Shown: positions 46,950 through 61,129 of the stretch, one piece after another | Layout: each line of letters starts with the position of its first letter | Numbering within the stretch: position 1 is the first letter of the stretch | Made by a program: the position numbers and the translations under genes | Source: Lama guanicoe | Lineage: Eukaryota | Length of the DNA stretch: 64,000 nt | Assembly: GCA_013239625.1 (NCBI GenBank) | Contig: MU053934.1 | Span: 9,073,352-9,137,351 of the forward strand | Direction of reading: 5' to 3' | Notes under the pieces: model-generated | Seen by the model: the letters and a program-made list of their open reading frames with translations, nothing else | Database searches by the model: none | What the model was told of the DNA's origin: nothing

Positions 46950-49860
46950 CGGTGTGTACAAGGCCTTCCGGGAAGGGTTGGAGCAGGCTAGCCCTTGGGA
47001 GCTTTTAAAGCTGAGTCACCAGGGCTTCCCTTAAGGTCGTATGTCATACTATGGGGAAACTGCTGGAAATGAAATAGGAAATTGAGTCAGAAGGAGACAA
47101 TAGCAACTATGGAAAATGAAGGTTCAGGTAAATGTAGAGGGATAGCAGAGAGCAGGCTGCCAAAGCACAATGAGGGAGCTCTGCGAGCCCAGAAAAGCCA
47201 CTGTGAACCATGCCTCTTTCTCAGATTTCAGGAAAACTAAGTTCACATAAAAGTGACCAAACCAGAAGTATCCAGGTTAAATTTCATACAAAGCTACTGT
47301 AGGAAAAAAGAGATTAAAGAGCAGAATGATATCCCTCTGGGTACAAGTATGCCAGGAAGATATGCTCACAAACTAGATAAAAATTGTAACCTATAGCAAA
47401 ACAAACTAAAAGAATTGAGAAAATGATCAAAAATGAAGGAAAAATGAAAGCCAGAATCAGGGAAAATGGAGAAATGAAGTGATGGAACTCAAGAAATAAT
47501 TTAAAATGAAAGCAAAAAGCAATTTCAGAAATAAGTATTTAAGAGAAGGAAAAGTGGAAAAGCAGAGAAGTTTTATACATTGAAAGATAAATAACAAAAG
47601 TGATGAAAAGGCTTGATGAAAAAGTGACAGACATTGAAGATGGGCAAAGAGGATCCAAGACACAGATAACAGAAGTCTCTGAAGGACGAATCCCAGACAA
47701 GGTAGGGGTAGGGTGGGAATAAACACTAAGAATGATAACTCAAGAAACTCTACAGAATTTTTTTTGTAAAGATGTGGAGTTCCATATTGAAAGAACACAC
47801 AACTTACCTGAACATACTGACTCAGAGCAACCAACATCAAGACACAGTCTAGCACAGTTTTTGGACTTTAAAGAGAAAACAAACAAGTCAAGTGCCTTTG
47901 GGCAAAAATGACAGGGGACTTTTAGGGGGAAAAATTATATTGTTATCAGATTTCTTCATGGCAACACTTATGCCAGAAGCAAATGAAGCCTTAGGCTATT
48001 CAAGAAAATGTAAGCCGAGGATTTTATACCCAACAAAGCAGCCTTGCAGGTACAAAGGACACGAACTGTTATCAACATGTAAGCATTAAACACAGTTACT
48101 CACAAAACTACACCTAAATGGGTGTTACAAGAAAAAAGCATAGTGTGGATCGCTGTAGGCTCAAACGACATAGACACAGCCCATCTGTTTAAAGATTGTG
48201 GATGGGATAGGGTGGATGTTCCCCCCAAAATATTATTTTAAGTAATTAGTTAGTGGTGGTAATTTTAGTATTGTTATTCTGAGACTGCTGGGTCAAAATA
48301 CGGATTAAACTAAATAAATAATTATGGGATAGTCTATCATTGCCTGTGTTCTAAAGAACCAGGATTTTAATATGGAAAAAAATGAGCTTCCTTTGGTAGA
48401 TAGAAGAGGTTAAGTTAAAAACTGTGTGGTTCTTGTTTTGAATTGTTAATATCAGTGTGAACTCATGTTGTATTTTCATCTTTAAAAAGGTCCACTGAAG
48501 AGGCTCAGAAACCATGGCCAACTCAGTAGCGCTGAGCATTCCTGGTATCCAGGTTATGGTCTTGAAACACCATTTTCCACTTAAAAAAAAAAACCCCAAA
48601 CAAAACAAAAAACAAGCCCAACGCTTCTTGGAGAAATGGCTGGGGCAGTGAAAGTGTAAGATGAGGCTGGACCCCCTTGTCATTCCAGACAGCCAGAGAG
48701 CTATGGGGGAGTCCTGGGGCCAGGTCAAATACGACCCAGGAACCAACCCAGCGTAGCCTCTGGCCAAAGGCGGGAAAACGTGAGCTCTAACAAAGGATAG
48801 TAACTGCAATGGATTGAAATCCATCAAGTAGTTTAAATCTGAGTTCATGCTGACATTTAACACAAAATCAACAGACAACCTCTGGATGAGGATAGCTATT
48901 TGCTCATCCATCATCCTGAAAATGGGTAAATACAAGGAAAGAACCAAGCATGGATCTTGCTTTTGCTCTATGAACTACGCCCGCTGGTACCAGTGGAACT
49001 GGGCCCCCAGCGTCAGCAGCTGACATCAGAAAGGATAGAGTCAAATACCACGTGGCCCCTGGTGGAAGACACACCACCAACTATCATTTCCTCAAAGGGC
49101 CTGGGCCTGCATCTGAACAGGTGTCTGGATCTGGCTGCCAACATGCAGGGAACACCGAGGACAGAGTACACACTGGGCTGCATCACCAGGAGGCAGTCAG
49201 CCAGCCCAGGTGTGGGGAGCGCTGTAGCTCAGATGCTTTGCTTTCTTAACAGATAAACTGTATAGATAATGACGGGAGGGAGAGGAAACCTATAGGTTAA
49301 AAAGGACTTAAAACACATAACAACACTTTTTTAATGGGCAAGTTTAAATGATGGTGTCTCAATTTGCAGATACACACTACTATACGTAAAATAGATAAAC
49401 CTCAAGGTCCGACTCTACAGCACAGGGAACTAGATCCAATATCTTGTAGTAACCTATAATGAAAAAGAATATGAAAGGAATGTATGTATGTATATATGTA
49501 TGTATGTGGATGACTGAAGCATGATGCTGTGCAACAGGAATGGACACACAGTAACTGACTGTACTTCTATTAAGAAAAAAATGATGTCTCAAGACTCATA
49601 CTTGTGTGATACAAATGTAAGGGAACCCAGGTGGGCGATTGCTAGGAACGTCAAGAAAGGGGTCACGTTGGGGGTGCACAAAGGGGCTGAGACTGGTCTG
49701 GGGCACACGCAGTGGCCCCAAGTTACAGGTGAAGACCCCTTTCTTGACCTGAGTGGTGAATGTAAAGTGCTTTGCCTTATAATACTCATGAAACTGTATC
49801 TTTGTTTTGTGTGCCTCTTGCATTTGTGTTTTATTTTTTGGTAAAGACGTTTTAAAAATA
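46950..49860 (+). mobile_element. Old degenerate L1 (L1M-type) block including an ORF1 remnant
   Basis: A-rich strand bias; remnant translation LLSDF...PRILYPTKQ at ~47940-48040 resembles the L1 ORF1p C-terminus; boundaries approximate. Confidence 0.7.
49363..49580 (+). mobile_element. 5'-truncated L1 3' end with TSD
   Basis: Same family as 12350-12855 in the opposite orientation; A tail; TSD atg(g/a)tgtctcaa at 49351-49362 and 49581-49592. Confidence 0.85.
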
Positions 49861-50415
49861 TGCCTAGATCTGTAACAAACGTGTGTCCCTTGTCCTTCCT
49901 CCCACCTTTCACGTGACACCGCAGATGGACTGTTTTGTTCTGGGTACCGAGCTGGGTGCTTTACATACACCCCCTCATTTATGCCCCTGTGACCCCCCTG
50001 ACGCAGGGCCCCAGGAAAGCTGGACCCCGTCTCCCTTGTTTGCTTTGGTGCCCCTGGAACCTGGCACCCAGCAGGCACTCACTTGTTGAGCGAATGAATG
50101 AATGAACGTGTTTTGCAGTTATAGAAACTGAAGTTTAGTTCAGATAGTTGGCAAATAGCAAAGCTCGCTTACCCCAGCCAGAGCAGACGGAAACTGGGGC
50201 GTGTCGGGGGTGTGTGGGTCCCGGTCCAGTTTGCAGGAAGGGCCACGAGGCATCCGCACAGAGCAGCCGGGCCTCGGAGGCCTGTGCGGGTCCCCGGAGG
50301 AGCCGTCTCTGGGGCAGGTGCTGCCGCCTGGCCCCTGCTTCGCCCTGGACCCCGGGCCCAGTGGGAGTGCTGCTTCCAACTTTCCCATCGCCTCTTACGC
50401 TGTGGTTCCCCTCAG

Positions 50416-50558
50416 GCTCCGCCAAGAGAAGACAGACACCGTCCGCTGCATCAAGTCCTGCCGCCCCAACGACGTCACCTGCGTGCTGGACCCGGTGCAC
50501 ACCATCTCCCACACCGTCGTCTCGCTGCCCACCTTCCGCGAGTTCACCCGCCCTGAAG
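50416..50558 (+). CDS. FBLN1: Fibulin-1D first specific exon
   Basis: cccctcAG|GCTCCGC...CCTGAAG|GTgagt; 143 nt; [47 protein letters not shown]. Confidence 0.98.
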
Positions 50559-52475
50559 GTGAGTGACCGCCGTGGGCTCCCGGGGCTTGAGCTGAGCGCT
50601 TGGCCTGACGGAGCCACTCCTTGGTAAGATGTGCCTGTGGGTTCAAAGTGCAGACCTCCTCCCGCCTCGCATCCCCTCCATGTCCCCCAATTACACGACA
50701 CCGTTTCAACCCATTCCCCGCTCTCAGTTCAGGGCGTCTCTTCTTATGGGTAACAGTCGTTCAGCAAATAGCTATTAAGTGTTGATTCTGTGCCAAGCGT
50801 GTGGGCATCATGGAGGGCCTCCAGGAGGCAGTGACTCCACTCTGGGTCCTGTAATCAATAAGAGGTAACTTCATGAAAGTGGGGAGCAGGGAGACAGGAG
50901 GGTGCCGAGCAGAGCAGAACGCCTCTGGAAAGATCCATAGGTAAGTGGGGAATGTGGGTCTCTGAGGAAAGAAGCCAAATTTTTCTGGCTAGGGTGGTAG
51001 AGGCTTGACAAGAGATGTGCTGTGAGGGAAGCAAGACCCTGCACTTGGAGTTGGGGTTTCAACTCTAAGACTTTGGGAGCCAGTCCAGGGCTGCAAATGA
51101 TGCCCTTTGCATCTAGAAGCCTCATCCTGGAGACCGAGGGGCAGGCGGGCTGGCGCAGCTAGAGCAGCTCCAGGGGACCCAGTGGTCAAGCAGTCAGTGT
51201 GCCCGCCACGCCCCAACCCTGGTAGCTCCCGGCCTGCAGTGTAGACCCGCCACCACGGGGGCGGGGGACGCAGGTGGGGCAGCGCACTCCCAGCGCCCAG
51301 CAGAGGGCTATGGACGGGGGACTGCTCTGTATACCTTGCTTCAGGGGGTGCAGCCCACAGGCCAGGGCTGGGGTGGCCTCCCGCCACCCTCTTCCTTGTA
51401 GGGCCCTCATCCCCGGCCTTCAGAGGAGCTCACCGTGATGATTTATTCAGCAAACGTCGGCTGAGCCTCCTATGTGTCAGGCTCGGGCCAGGCTCTGGAA
51501 CGCAGCGATAAGAAAGATCCTCTCAGAGAAGGCGGAAAGTTTGCCCTGTGCTGACACTGTGACAGGGTCCTGCGGGGTAACACAGGAGCACCTGCTGGAA
51601 CATAAAACCTGGCCGTGGGGGTGGGAGCGGGGGAGAGGCGCGCCAGGGGTGTGGTTACCTGCAGGGGCAGGAGGCACGGAATCTTGGCCGGGTGGCGTGG
51701 ACTTGGGTCGGAGAAAATCACTGGCTGCTGTTTGCCTGGTGCAGAATGACGGGTTCCGCCAACCACACGCAGATCCTTCCCAAATCCCCAGCGGCCACTC
51801 TGGCGGCCTTCCGGCCATTGCTGACCCATAATTGGGTTCTACAGGGAGTCGGGCGTGGTGAGAGACACCTGTCCGCATCTTGGGCCTGGGATGTCCAGGC
51901 TTTGCCTTTGGCGTTGAGGGGACCCTGGGTGGGCACTGGCAGGCCGACTCTTTCACTTTACAGATGAGGAGGCTGAGGCCCAGAGAGAGGACACCCCCAA
52001 GATGGCACAGAGCCAGGGCCGCATCGGGGCCTCGTGCTCCCGGTCCAGGGCAGTCTGCCGACCTCATGTCAGGTGGTCCTGGAGGCGGACACAGCCACCA
52101 TGCTGAGAAGGGGCGTGTCTGAGCCACATCACTGTGCAGCAGGGGACCAGCCGGCTCCCCTCCGACCCCTCTCCCTGTGTCCCCTTGCCCGCCTCCACTC
52201 CCCATCGTCCCAGCTTCAGGAAGACTCGTGACTAGTCACCAGTCACTCAGCGCTGATCAGTGCCGTGACTTCAGGGAAGATCCAAAATCTTCCCTGGCCT
52301 CAGTCTCCCTGTTGATGAAAAGAGGGGATAGGCTATGACCCAGGGCACCTCAGGGCCCCTCCACCTTCTCCATGCAGGGCCCTCCTGTTGGGTCCTCGTT
52401 GCCTGGAGGGGCACTTCCGGGGTGGCAGGGCCCAGCGCTGCGCCCTCTTCACACCTCCATGCTTCTGTCCGGCAG

Positions 52476-52607
52476 AGATCATCTTCCTCCGGGCCATCAC
52501 ACCCGCCTACCCCGCCAACCACGCTGACATCATCTTCGACATAACAGACGGGAACCTCCGGGACTCCTTCGACATCATTAAGCGCTACATGGACGGCATG
52601 ACCGTGG
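52476..52607 (+). CDS. FBLN1: Fibulin-1D second specific exon
   Basis: ccggcAG|AGATC...ACCGTGG|GTaagt; 132 nt; [44 protein letters not shown]; final D exon not seen in the window. Confidence 0.98.
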
Positions 52608-55600
52608 GTAAGTGGCCGACCCTCCCGCAGCTTAGCCAAGGCTGCTGTGCCAGTCGAGAGGGAAATCCCCCCTAGAGCAGCCCCCTTCCCATCTGAGTCC
52701 CTGTCCTCTGGGGCCCAGCTGGAGCCCCCATCTCCCCCGGGCAGTCTCAGTGCGAGGACTGCCCAGGGTGGTGGAGCCTGCCTGGGATTCGGCCCTGGCT
52801 GTGCCGCTGCTCTTGGGGAGACCCCGTGGGTCTCAGTCTCCCCGCCTATGAAGGATGGATTCACTAGACCTCTGCGTCTCACAGCTGTGAGTTTCAGCGG
52901 AAGCACACTGGCCCCAGGGCTCGGCACGGCCCCCTCTCATGGGAGCTGATAGGGACTTTGTTCTCCTGGTGCAACAGAAGAATAGCCAACGGGCGTCAGA
53001 GGGCCTGGCTCGTCTTGCCGCATGTCCAGCCTTGTCCCCTCCCGTGTGTCAGGGGGTAGGAGGACCAAGGTTGTGACACGGGGCAGCACGCACAGCCCCT
53101 GAACGTGGAGCCCTCCCCGGAGAGTCAGCACCCCTGGTGCACAGAGGAGAGGTGGAGGGGGACTTGGAGGGGAGGGGCACCAGCAAGGCTGGGCGGGGGG
53201 TGGGGTGGGAAGCAGGTGCAGGTGAGTCTGGGAAAATGTTCACAGTGCCTCTCCTGAACCAGCGCACTTTAAAGAATTCAAATTCATGGGGAATGAAAAC
53301 GATCCCCTCTGCCATTGTGGACTGAAATTTAGACCCTGAACATTTTCAAAGCAGCTGAGCAGCAGAGACCCAGGCCTCGCCCTTGCTGCGGCCTCAGTTA
53401 GACCCAGGCCCCGCCCTTGCTGCGGCCTCAGTGTCCCCGATTTGAGTGGGGCAGGGAGGCCGTGGGTTTTGTGTGCGCGGTTGGTCCCGTGGCAGAGCAT
53501 TTTGGAACATGGCCTCTAGGTGGCGCCGTTGGACCTCAGAACCCGGGCTGGTCCCTGAGGCCCCAAACCCGCCCGGCCGTTGTCAAGCTGCAGCTGGAGA
53601 CGGAGTCGTTATTCCCGTTGCCAAAGAGCCATTTATAGTGACTTTACAAGCTCTTAAATGGGTTTGCATGTTGTAAACATGACTGGGGCCCCCCACCCCC
53701 AGCCTCCTCCTCCGCTGGTTGGCAGCAGGAGTAGTCAGTTAATTACAATTAATGGCGCAGTAACCCTCGCTGGGATTCCAAGGAGAGGGCGGGAGCCATA
53801 AAAGTTGCTGCCTGCCCTCCAGGTAGTGCTCACTCTGGGCCTCAGTTTCCCCCATTGTCAAGCGAAGGGGGACCTTCAGGCGCCCGGGGGTGGGGGCAGA
53901 CTGGAAGAGGTGGGGTTGTGGGTTTGTCCCCCCGTGTGGGGGTGGTGAACAGTCTGCTGTCACCGGCACACAGAAGCCCACCTGGGGCTAGTTCTGGCCT
54001 CTGTGCTGAGCTTCTAGGTTTGGCTCCAACACGGCCCACCTGGGGCAGTTCCTAGCTCTTGGAATTACCGGAGTTGGAATCAGACCCTTCCAGTGGATTC
54101 AGTCCTTCTCTGCTCTCTTCCCGAGCCCAGGCCAGGCGTCGTGGGTACAGAGATGGGTAAATACCACAGATCCCTGCCCCTCAGGGCTTTGCGTTCCACT
54201 GGGGTGGGGGTCGGGGGGCATCAACAGGTCATCGAAACGCAGTGGTGGCGAGACAGTGACAAGCTCTGCAGCTGCGGGGAGGCCTCTCTCGGAGGGGACT
54301 CCTTGGTGTTGGCACTTTCAGTTCCCAGCTGAACCCTTCCTGGGGTGACCCAAGCCAGGGGTTGGGCCACTGCCGGGCCTGGAGCCAATGCCCACCAGCA
54401 CACTTTTCTAGCTGCATCTCCGCTCCAGACAGAACCAACCTGGGAGTCTCTGTTTCCTGGCTTCCCATCCATTGGAGCAGAAAATCCTGGCATCTCAGAG
54501 CCTGGAGGCTCCTGGAAGCCACTTCTTCCAGCTCCTTCTGTTGTAGAGGGGGCGCCGAGGCCCAAAGCAGCCAGGGGGTTGCCGGTCTGCCCAGAGCGAC
54601 CCGGGGCAGGGTGGGGAGCGGGACAGAGCCCCCAGTGAGAGAGGCGACCACAGGGCCCATCCCGCGTGTGCTTCCTGGGGATGGAATGTGGACCAGGCCA
54701 CAGAGGCAGAGCAGCCTCTCCTCTCTGCGCTTGGTCACGCGTGCCCTGGTCCTTGGAATTCTGGTGCTGGGAAACGGCCCAGGCTGGTGCTTGGGAATTC
54801 ATCCTGCCTGTTGTCCTGCCTCCTGGGTGGGCCTGGCCTCTTCAGCTTCTCAGTATGTTTGCAGGACTTCCCATCTGGTTGGGCCCCTGGAGTTTGCAGA
54901 TGTCCTCCTCCAGGTGGAGGACCAAGGCCAGAGGGGGCAGGGTCTCACGGAGCTGGGCGCCAGGCCGCGTTTCAGGTTGGGCTCTTGTCTCTACACCCAC
55001 CGGTTGCTGCCTTATTTCTCTGTTTGGGGCCTCTTCCCTGGGCATCCTTATCTCCACCTCCTTCCCGCTCCTCTTCTGCCCCAAATAACTTCTGTACACC
55101 CCGGGAGCTTCTGGGCTCTGGGGGTAGCGATCCTGGCACCTGCTGGCCCTGGACACAGGCCTGGCCCTGCGGCTCTGGGTCTGTCCACCTGCAATGGGTG
55201 GTTCTTTCTCTGGACCCAAGCCCGGCCTGAGCAGCCTGGGAACCATCGCTGGGCACGCTCACCCCCGCATCCCAGCTCAGTCCTCACAGATGCCTCCAGG
55301 GCTGTGACTGTCTCCCTTTGGCAAAGGAGGGAGCTGAGTAAATGACCACCTGACACTGAGCAACTGAAAAACCGCAGGGCCTGGGCTGTTTGCAGACTTG
55401 ATTGCAGCGGTGCGTTCTCCTTTCAAGCAACATCTTAGACAGAAACCCTTCACGTCCGCGGAGAGGGAGAAAGCACGCTCCGGGCACGCAAGTCTTCCAT
55501 CTGCTGTGCCCCAGCAGGGCCTGGGGGCTCCCGGGCCCACTGAGGACCCCCACGCAGCCCCTCAGCACCAGGGAAGGGATACCTGCCTACTCACAGATGT

Positions 55601-58600
55601 TGGCCGAAAACCCTGCCAGCTCTAGGACACTGGGCATGGGGTCAGGAAGGCTCCCTGGAGGAGAAGAGACCTGAGCTGGCTTGTGACGCAGGTGAAGGAG
55701 GGCCTAGCACCTAGTAAGTGCCAGGAGCAAGTGCGTCGTCAACGCCACGACCCTGTGACGTGGTGGAAGTCTCCCCGTTACTGGGTGAGGGAGCAGTGGC
55801 CAGAGAGGGCACGAGGCTTGTCCCAGGCCGCTCAGTGCTGGGGCCAGAGCAGGCCTAGGGCCCCGTCTTCCCCAAACACGCAGAGCTGGAGCCCGCGGAT
55901 GGCTGGTGTTGACTTGGGCAAAGTTACTGGGAGTTTGCGTCCCGGAAAAATAATCAGTGTACTAGCCGCCAGGACCCCGGGGCTGCTGAGTTCATGCCCA
56001 CATCCCCCAGTAACAGAAGAAGAAGAAGAAAGTACCCCAGGTCGATTAAGAACCTGAAAGGGCCAGACCTTCCCCTAATGCATCCTCTAAACACCAGTTC
56101 TCCACAGGGATAAAGGCGGCCCCGAAGCCTGGCCGCCTCTGTTGCATACCTCTTTCACCAGCTGTCAATGAAAAATGAAGAACGCGTTTCCAACCTGTGC
56201 AAAAATGTTCCATTAATGCCTGAGGTATTCTCAGGCCACTACAAAGCCTTCCTTATCCAGCCCCAGATTCATTCTTTGCTCTGCAGAGTACCAGCTGTAA
56301 TCGGGGGTCTCCTGAGAGATGACGAACGGCGGGGCCTCCCTGGCGAGATGGGTGCGGGCCGTATATTATCAGCCACCAGCAACTGGGGGCCACCCCTGGA
56401 CTCCCCAGGCCTCTGGGCATCAGCCGGTATCTGAGCCTCAGACCTCCCTGATACCCCATTCCCCTCTTCAACAACTTCTTTTTAACTATTTTTCTAAGGA
56501 GGGAAAAAAAAATTCTGTCTATACTGAAGGTCAGCTTTGCCAAAATTTCTGTTGAAACGTCCCCAAAGCCAATAGGAACTAGACAACGCTCAGTTGAAGC
56601 TGCTTTTTAGACCCGTGGGTTGATTTGGTGAACGGCTCGCCTGATCCTGGGCCAGTGTGGTGACCGATAGGATAGATTTAGCAGCTTTTTGGAAGTCAGC
56701 CCCTCCCATCGCACAGCGATTCATGAAATTGAAATCAAAGCAGGCTGCGGGGAGGAGGTGGCACTGGCTGGGTCAGGAACTAAGGACGTGTTGGGAGGGT
56801 TGTAACATCAGTCACATGGAGCATGCGATCTGGGTGGGCTGGGACTTTGAGCCCGCACCAGGCGTTGACATCCAGTAGATACGCCATCGAATATTTACTC
56901 ATGGCCCATCTGGAAGGAGGCAAACGCCCCAGCTGGCGTGGGCTTCAGGGGTCAACAGGCTTCCGAAGCACAGAAACCTCGCCAGCAGGAAAGGACTGTC
57001 CGAAGGTGACAGCACTGCGATTCTGCACCCAGTCCTCTTCAGGCTGTGTATCTCGGCGCGCTTGTTTTCGAGAGGAAATCAGCCACGCCTGGCCCCTGGC
57101 TGTGAGTTGAGACTTGTAGAATTCAACTGTGTTGGTGGACGTCCCTTGTTAATCATAACAATTAAAATAAGAACAGCCATAAAACTCCTAGCTCATTACC
57201 GCCAGCCCAAAAGTAAACCGAAATGAAGGGCTGGGTTTGCTCATGGCTCTTCCCCGCGTGGTGGGGAGTTTTGTTTTTCAGTCTTTGCCATGATTAACAG
57301 GAAGGCTCTGGGTGTGTTACCCAAGTGTGAGCACAAAAGAAGACATCTGTGTTAGAGACCCAGGACGCTAGCCTTGGGCCTCGTGAGATTTCCGCTGGTC
57401 TTTTCACAGTTGTCGCTGTGCGACAGCTTCAGGGATCCAGGAAAGACACAAATCTGTGTTTCGTGTGGATTTCATTGACATAAGTAATCGCTTCAGAAGC
57501 AGACGGCTTCCACGAGCTGCCCCCGTGGTTCTCCAAGCACTGCCTCTCCCTTCCAGTTCTGTTCTGATTAAGTAGTGGAGGAGGCCCTGTGGCCAGGCCG
57601 AGGGAGGGCGGCAGCCTCGGGGCTGCCTCAGGGCTGCAGAGGGTCACAGTGGTTAGGGGACGGGCAGGCCTGGAGGGCGCCAGGACGGACCAATTGACTG
57701 GCTCACCTTTCTACACTGCTTACACCTACTATGTGCTGGGTGAAGGGGGTGCCTCTCTGCCTCTAGGGAGGCAGACGGTCCCCAGAGAGGAACAGGAGAG
57801 CACAGTGAGAGGTGCTGTGGGTGTAGAGCCTGGGCCATCCATGCGTGGGCAAATCAAGGCAGGCTGCGGGGAGAAGGTGGCGCTGGCCGGGTCAAGAATC
57901 AGAGGAGGCTATTCAGGGGCCATGTTCCCTTCCCCAGCATGGTTCTCCTGGGGGTGGCTGTCTACAGGACACCCCCGGCACACACATACACCCCCAGCGC
58001 ACACACACCCTGGCTGTCATCGCTGCTTCTCTAAGAAAACACTGAAGTGCTGGCCCCAGGTCCCACAGCCAGTGAGCCAGCACTGCAGCTCGCAAGCAGG
58101 TGCGCAAGATGTCGAGACTGCTCTGGGTTGATCCCTGAGCTCCTCGTTCTCCACTGGGGCCCCTGAGAAACAGAAGTGCTCCTGACCTCAGCCCCTGGCC
58201 GGGCACCACGGCAGCCGGTCCTGCTCCCAGTCAAGTCTGAATGAACGGAGACTGTCTGGCTCACCTCAGAAACGGTTCCCTGGATTAAGTTTAGGAGGGC
58301 TATTCCCTTATTATAGACGCCATAATTGTCAGTAGAGGAAACGATTATGTGAAAGCTCCCAGCAGTGCCTGGCGCACAGTAGGTATGCAGGAAGTCACTA
58401 TTAAGGGAACCCAGACCTTTTCCCAATTTCCACGTTGTCCATGCTGAAGCAGGATGGGGGTGCCTCTAAATTTGACCAATACGTCAACACCCTCCTAACA
58501 ACGTCCTCCCACTCCCTCTCAGAAGGAACCTCAACTTTTACATTTTGAAATAGCATTCTAAATTTCATCTGTGAGCAGAGAAGGATTATTACTCTATTTC

Positions 58601-61129
58601 AAGGTCACTGTTTGTAAAAATACCCATGGCTGGGGTGGCCCTTTGAGGGTCAAACACGATTGATTCTCTGCTGCCACAGACGGAGCACTGAACTCGGGGT
58701 AAGACGTTCTGGGCTTGATTCTTGGTTCTCTCGTTCTAGCTGTGTGACCTCAGGCAGGTCTCCTAACCTCTCTGAGCCTTAGTTTTCTTCTCAGCAAAAT
58801 TGCCATGGTAACACTTGTTTTGCTGGGTTCTGAGGACCAGAAGGAGAGCGCATATTGTAACGTAGCTGGGTAGGTTGTTGGAGGATCAGTGAGCCACTGT
58901 GAGGAAGCCATTTGCAACTGAAGAGCTGGTGAGAGCTTGGAGGCCCTGGAGAGGACAGGACAGCAGGCCAGAGGGAGGCACATGGGACTGTGCCAGGACT
59001 GTTAACCCCAAAGTGGCTCCAGCTGCCTGGGAGCTATTTAATAGGCACCTCTCATGGCCTGGGCTACGAGTCGGGCCCACGCTGAAGCGAGCAGGGTGGT
59101 AGAGGCTGTGCCTCCCAAGTTCTGTCATCCTTGAATTCTCTTGCTCAGTCAACAAGAGCATCCTGGATTCCTCCTCCATCCCGTGCCCTGTGCTGGGTGC
59201 TGGGGAGCAGATTTACACCCATGTTTGTCAGCAGTAGGCTCTGTCCCTGTTAACAGCTCAGTGGGAGAAAGAAGCGGTGTGTGGCAGGGCTGCCAAGTAC
59301 AGTTGAATATGTTGTACACTGCAAAACCCCAGGGGGTACCATTTACAGCCTTTTCTTTGTGCAGTGCACAACCTACTCAACCGTACACAGCAGCCCATGT
59401 ATAAAAGCTTGTGAGTAAAGATACCAGCCTCACTGTACCTCTGTTCCTGGCCAGGCAAGGCCTTGTTCAAAGCAAAGAGCTTGCTTGCCCAGTCATCATC
59501 AGTCATCCCAGCTAGCAGGGCCCAGATCACCTCTTCAAAATCATTACCTCTGAAGGGGTTAAACATGTGCCGCTGACCCTGTCCTGCAGCCTGATTTGGA
59601 AAGCTTGGCCCAGGATCAGCACACATTACGAATGAGATTCAGAAATTCCACCTAAAAACAACAGCGCGGCCGTCCCTGCCAGTGATGAGTGATCGGCCCT
59701 GTCCCGGCTTTCACGGCAAATCCTGGGGATTAGGCACTTTCTCTTCTCCGGGAGGCACAGCCCCGTCACCCCGGGGACACACCCTGGCCAGCAGCCAAGT
59801 CGTTTCCCAGGTGACGGTGCAGGGATGGGCCTCGCCCGACATCGCCCAGAGGCTGGCCGTGCACCGAGGGCAGGGGGAGGCAGAGGGCAGGCTGGGGTCT
59901 CCCGGAGGGGCAAGACAGGGCGCAAGAGGGGGACAACACTGACACTTCCTGTGCTCCCTGTGCTGGCCCTGCGAAGCAGAGCTGGGGTTGTAGGTGTTGT
60001 GCCCAGGGCCCTCCTGACTTGTAGAAACACAACTGTTCTCCTTCCCAGGCCCTGTGTGGAGGGCTCTGGACACCGCTTCAAGATGCAGAAACTCCCTGAG
60101 GTTGGTCCCAGGCAGCCCCCGGCTTGGGTGGGACTCTCAGGGCTCAGTAGGGTCCACTGGGGCACAGCCCTGCTTTCGACCTCCCCTGAGGGATGCACAC
60201 AGGGGCCATGGGAGCCGCGCTGGAAACCTCCCCGCTCCTACCCCGGGCAACCCCCCACTGATGGCCTGAATGGCATTCGTCCAGGACCTTGGCCCCAGGA
60301 GGGACCCTGTGAAAGGAAACCTGTGGTCAGAGGCCCCTCTTGTGGCCTCCTAACCAGGCCAGCCCTGGGTCCTGAACCCTGAAATATTACTGTTTTCACG
60401 AGCCTCCTGTGGCCTCGCAGCCCCCACCGGCATCCTGGATTCAGGTTGCCTGCACTGCTTCTCACACCTGCTGGTCCCCTGCCTCTCGACATCTTCTCCT
60501 GGTGGTGAGGTCCCACAGCACACCGCGGAGCCTGGCCAAGGCATCCCTCTCCTCTCGGTGGTGTGCATCCACGTCACGGGAAAATGTGCTCCAGCCACTC
60601 AGTTCCTGCAGCCGGAAGCCGGGAACCCTCGGCTCCCCGCCTCCCACCCCCACAGCCAGCTACTGCTGACTCTGCCAGGTTTTAAACCCCACCTTTCACA
60701 TCCAGCCCTGCTGCCTGGCTGGAGAGTTGTCCCCAGCCCAAGCCTGCCTGTCTCCTCCCCAGCGCCCCGCTCTTATCCCTTCCTCTCCCTTGCCCTCTGC
60801 TCCAGACACGCTGGTCCATGCCCCAGACCCCAAACATTTCACAGCCTCTCCCTTCTCTTGGGATTTAGCCGTGACACTCACCTCCTTCTTTGGTAAGCTC
60901 CTAGCCGCCCTCAAAGCCCAAGTCAATGACTGCCTCCTCTCCCGTGCCCTCCACCCCCGCACAGGCAGAATGCTCAGCATCTTCCTTTGTGCTCCCAGGG
61001 CACCCAGACCAGCCTCTTTCAGGACTGTCTGGTGCTCTTTTTTCCAGCACATAATGTGCGTGCCCCCTGGAGGCAGGCCCTGCTCTGGGGGATGCGGCAG
61101 TACCCAAGACAGACAGACAGACATGAATC

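Noticed and set aside
47457..48947. Hydrophobic minus-strand ORFs (132 and 198 aa)
   Set aside because: Antisense translation of A-rich degenerate L1 sequence
54362..55345. 327-aa intronic ORF
   Set aside because: No domain similarity, non-ATG start, GC-rich intronic DNA; does not resemble the final fibulin-1D exon
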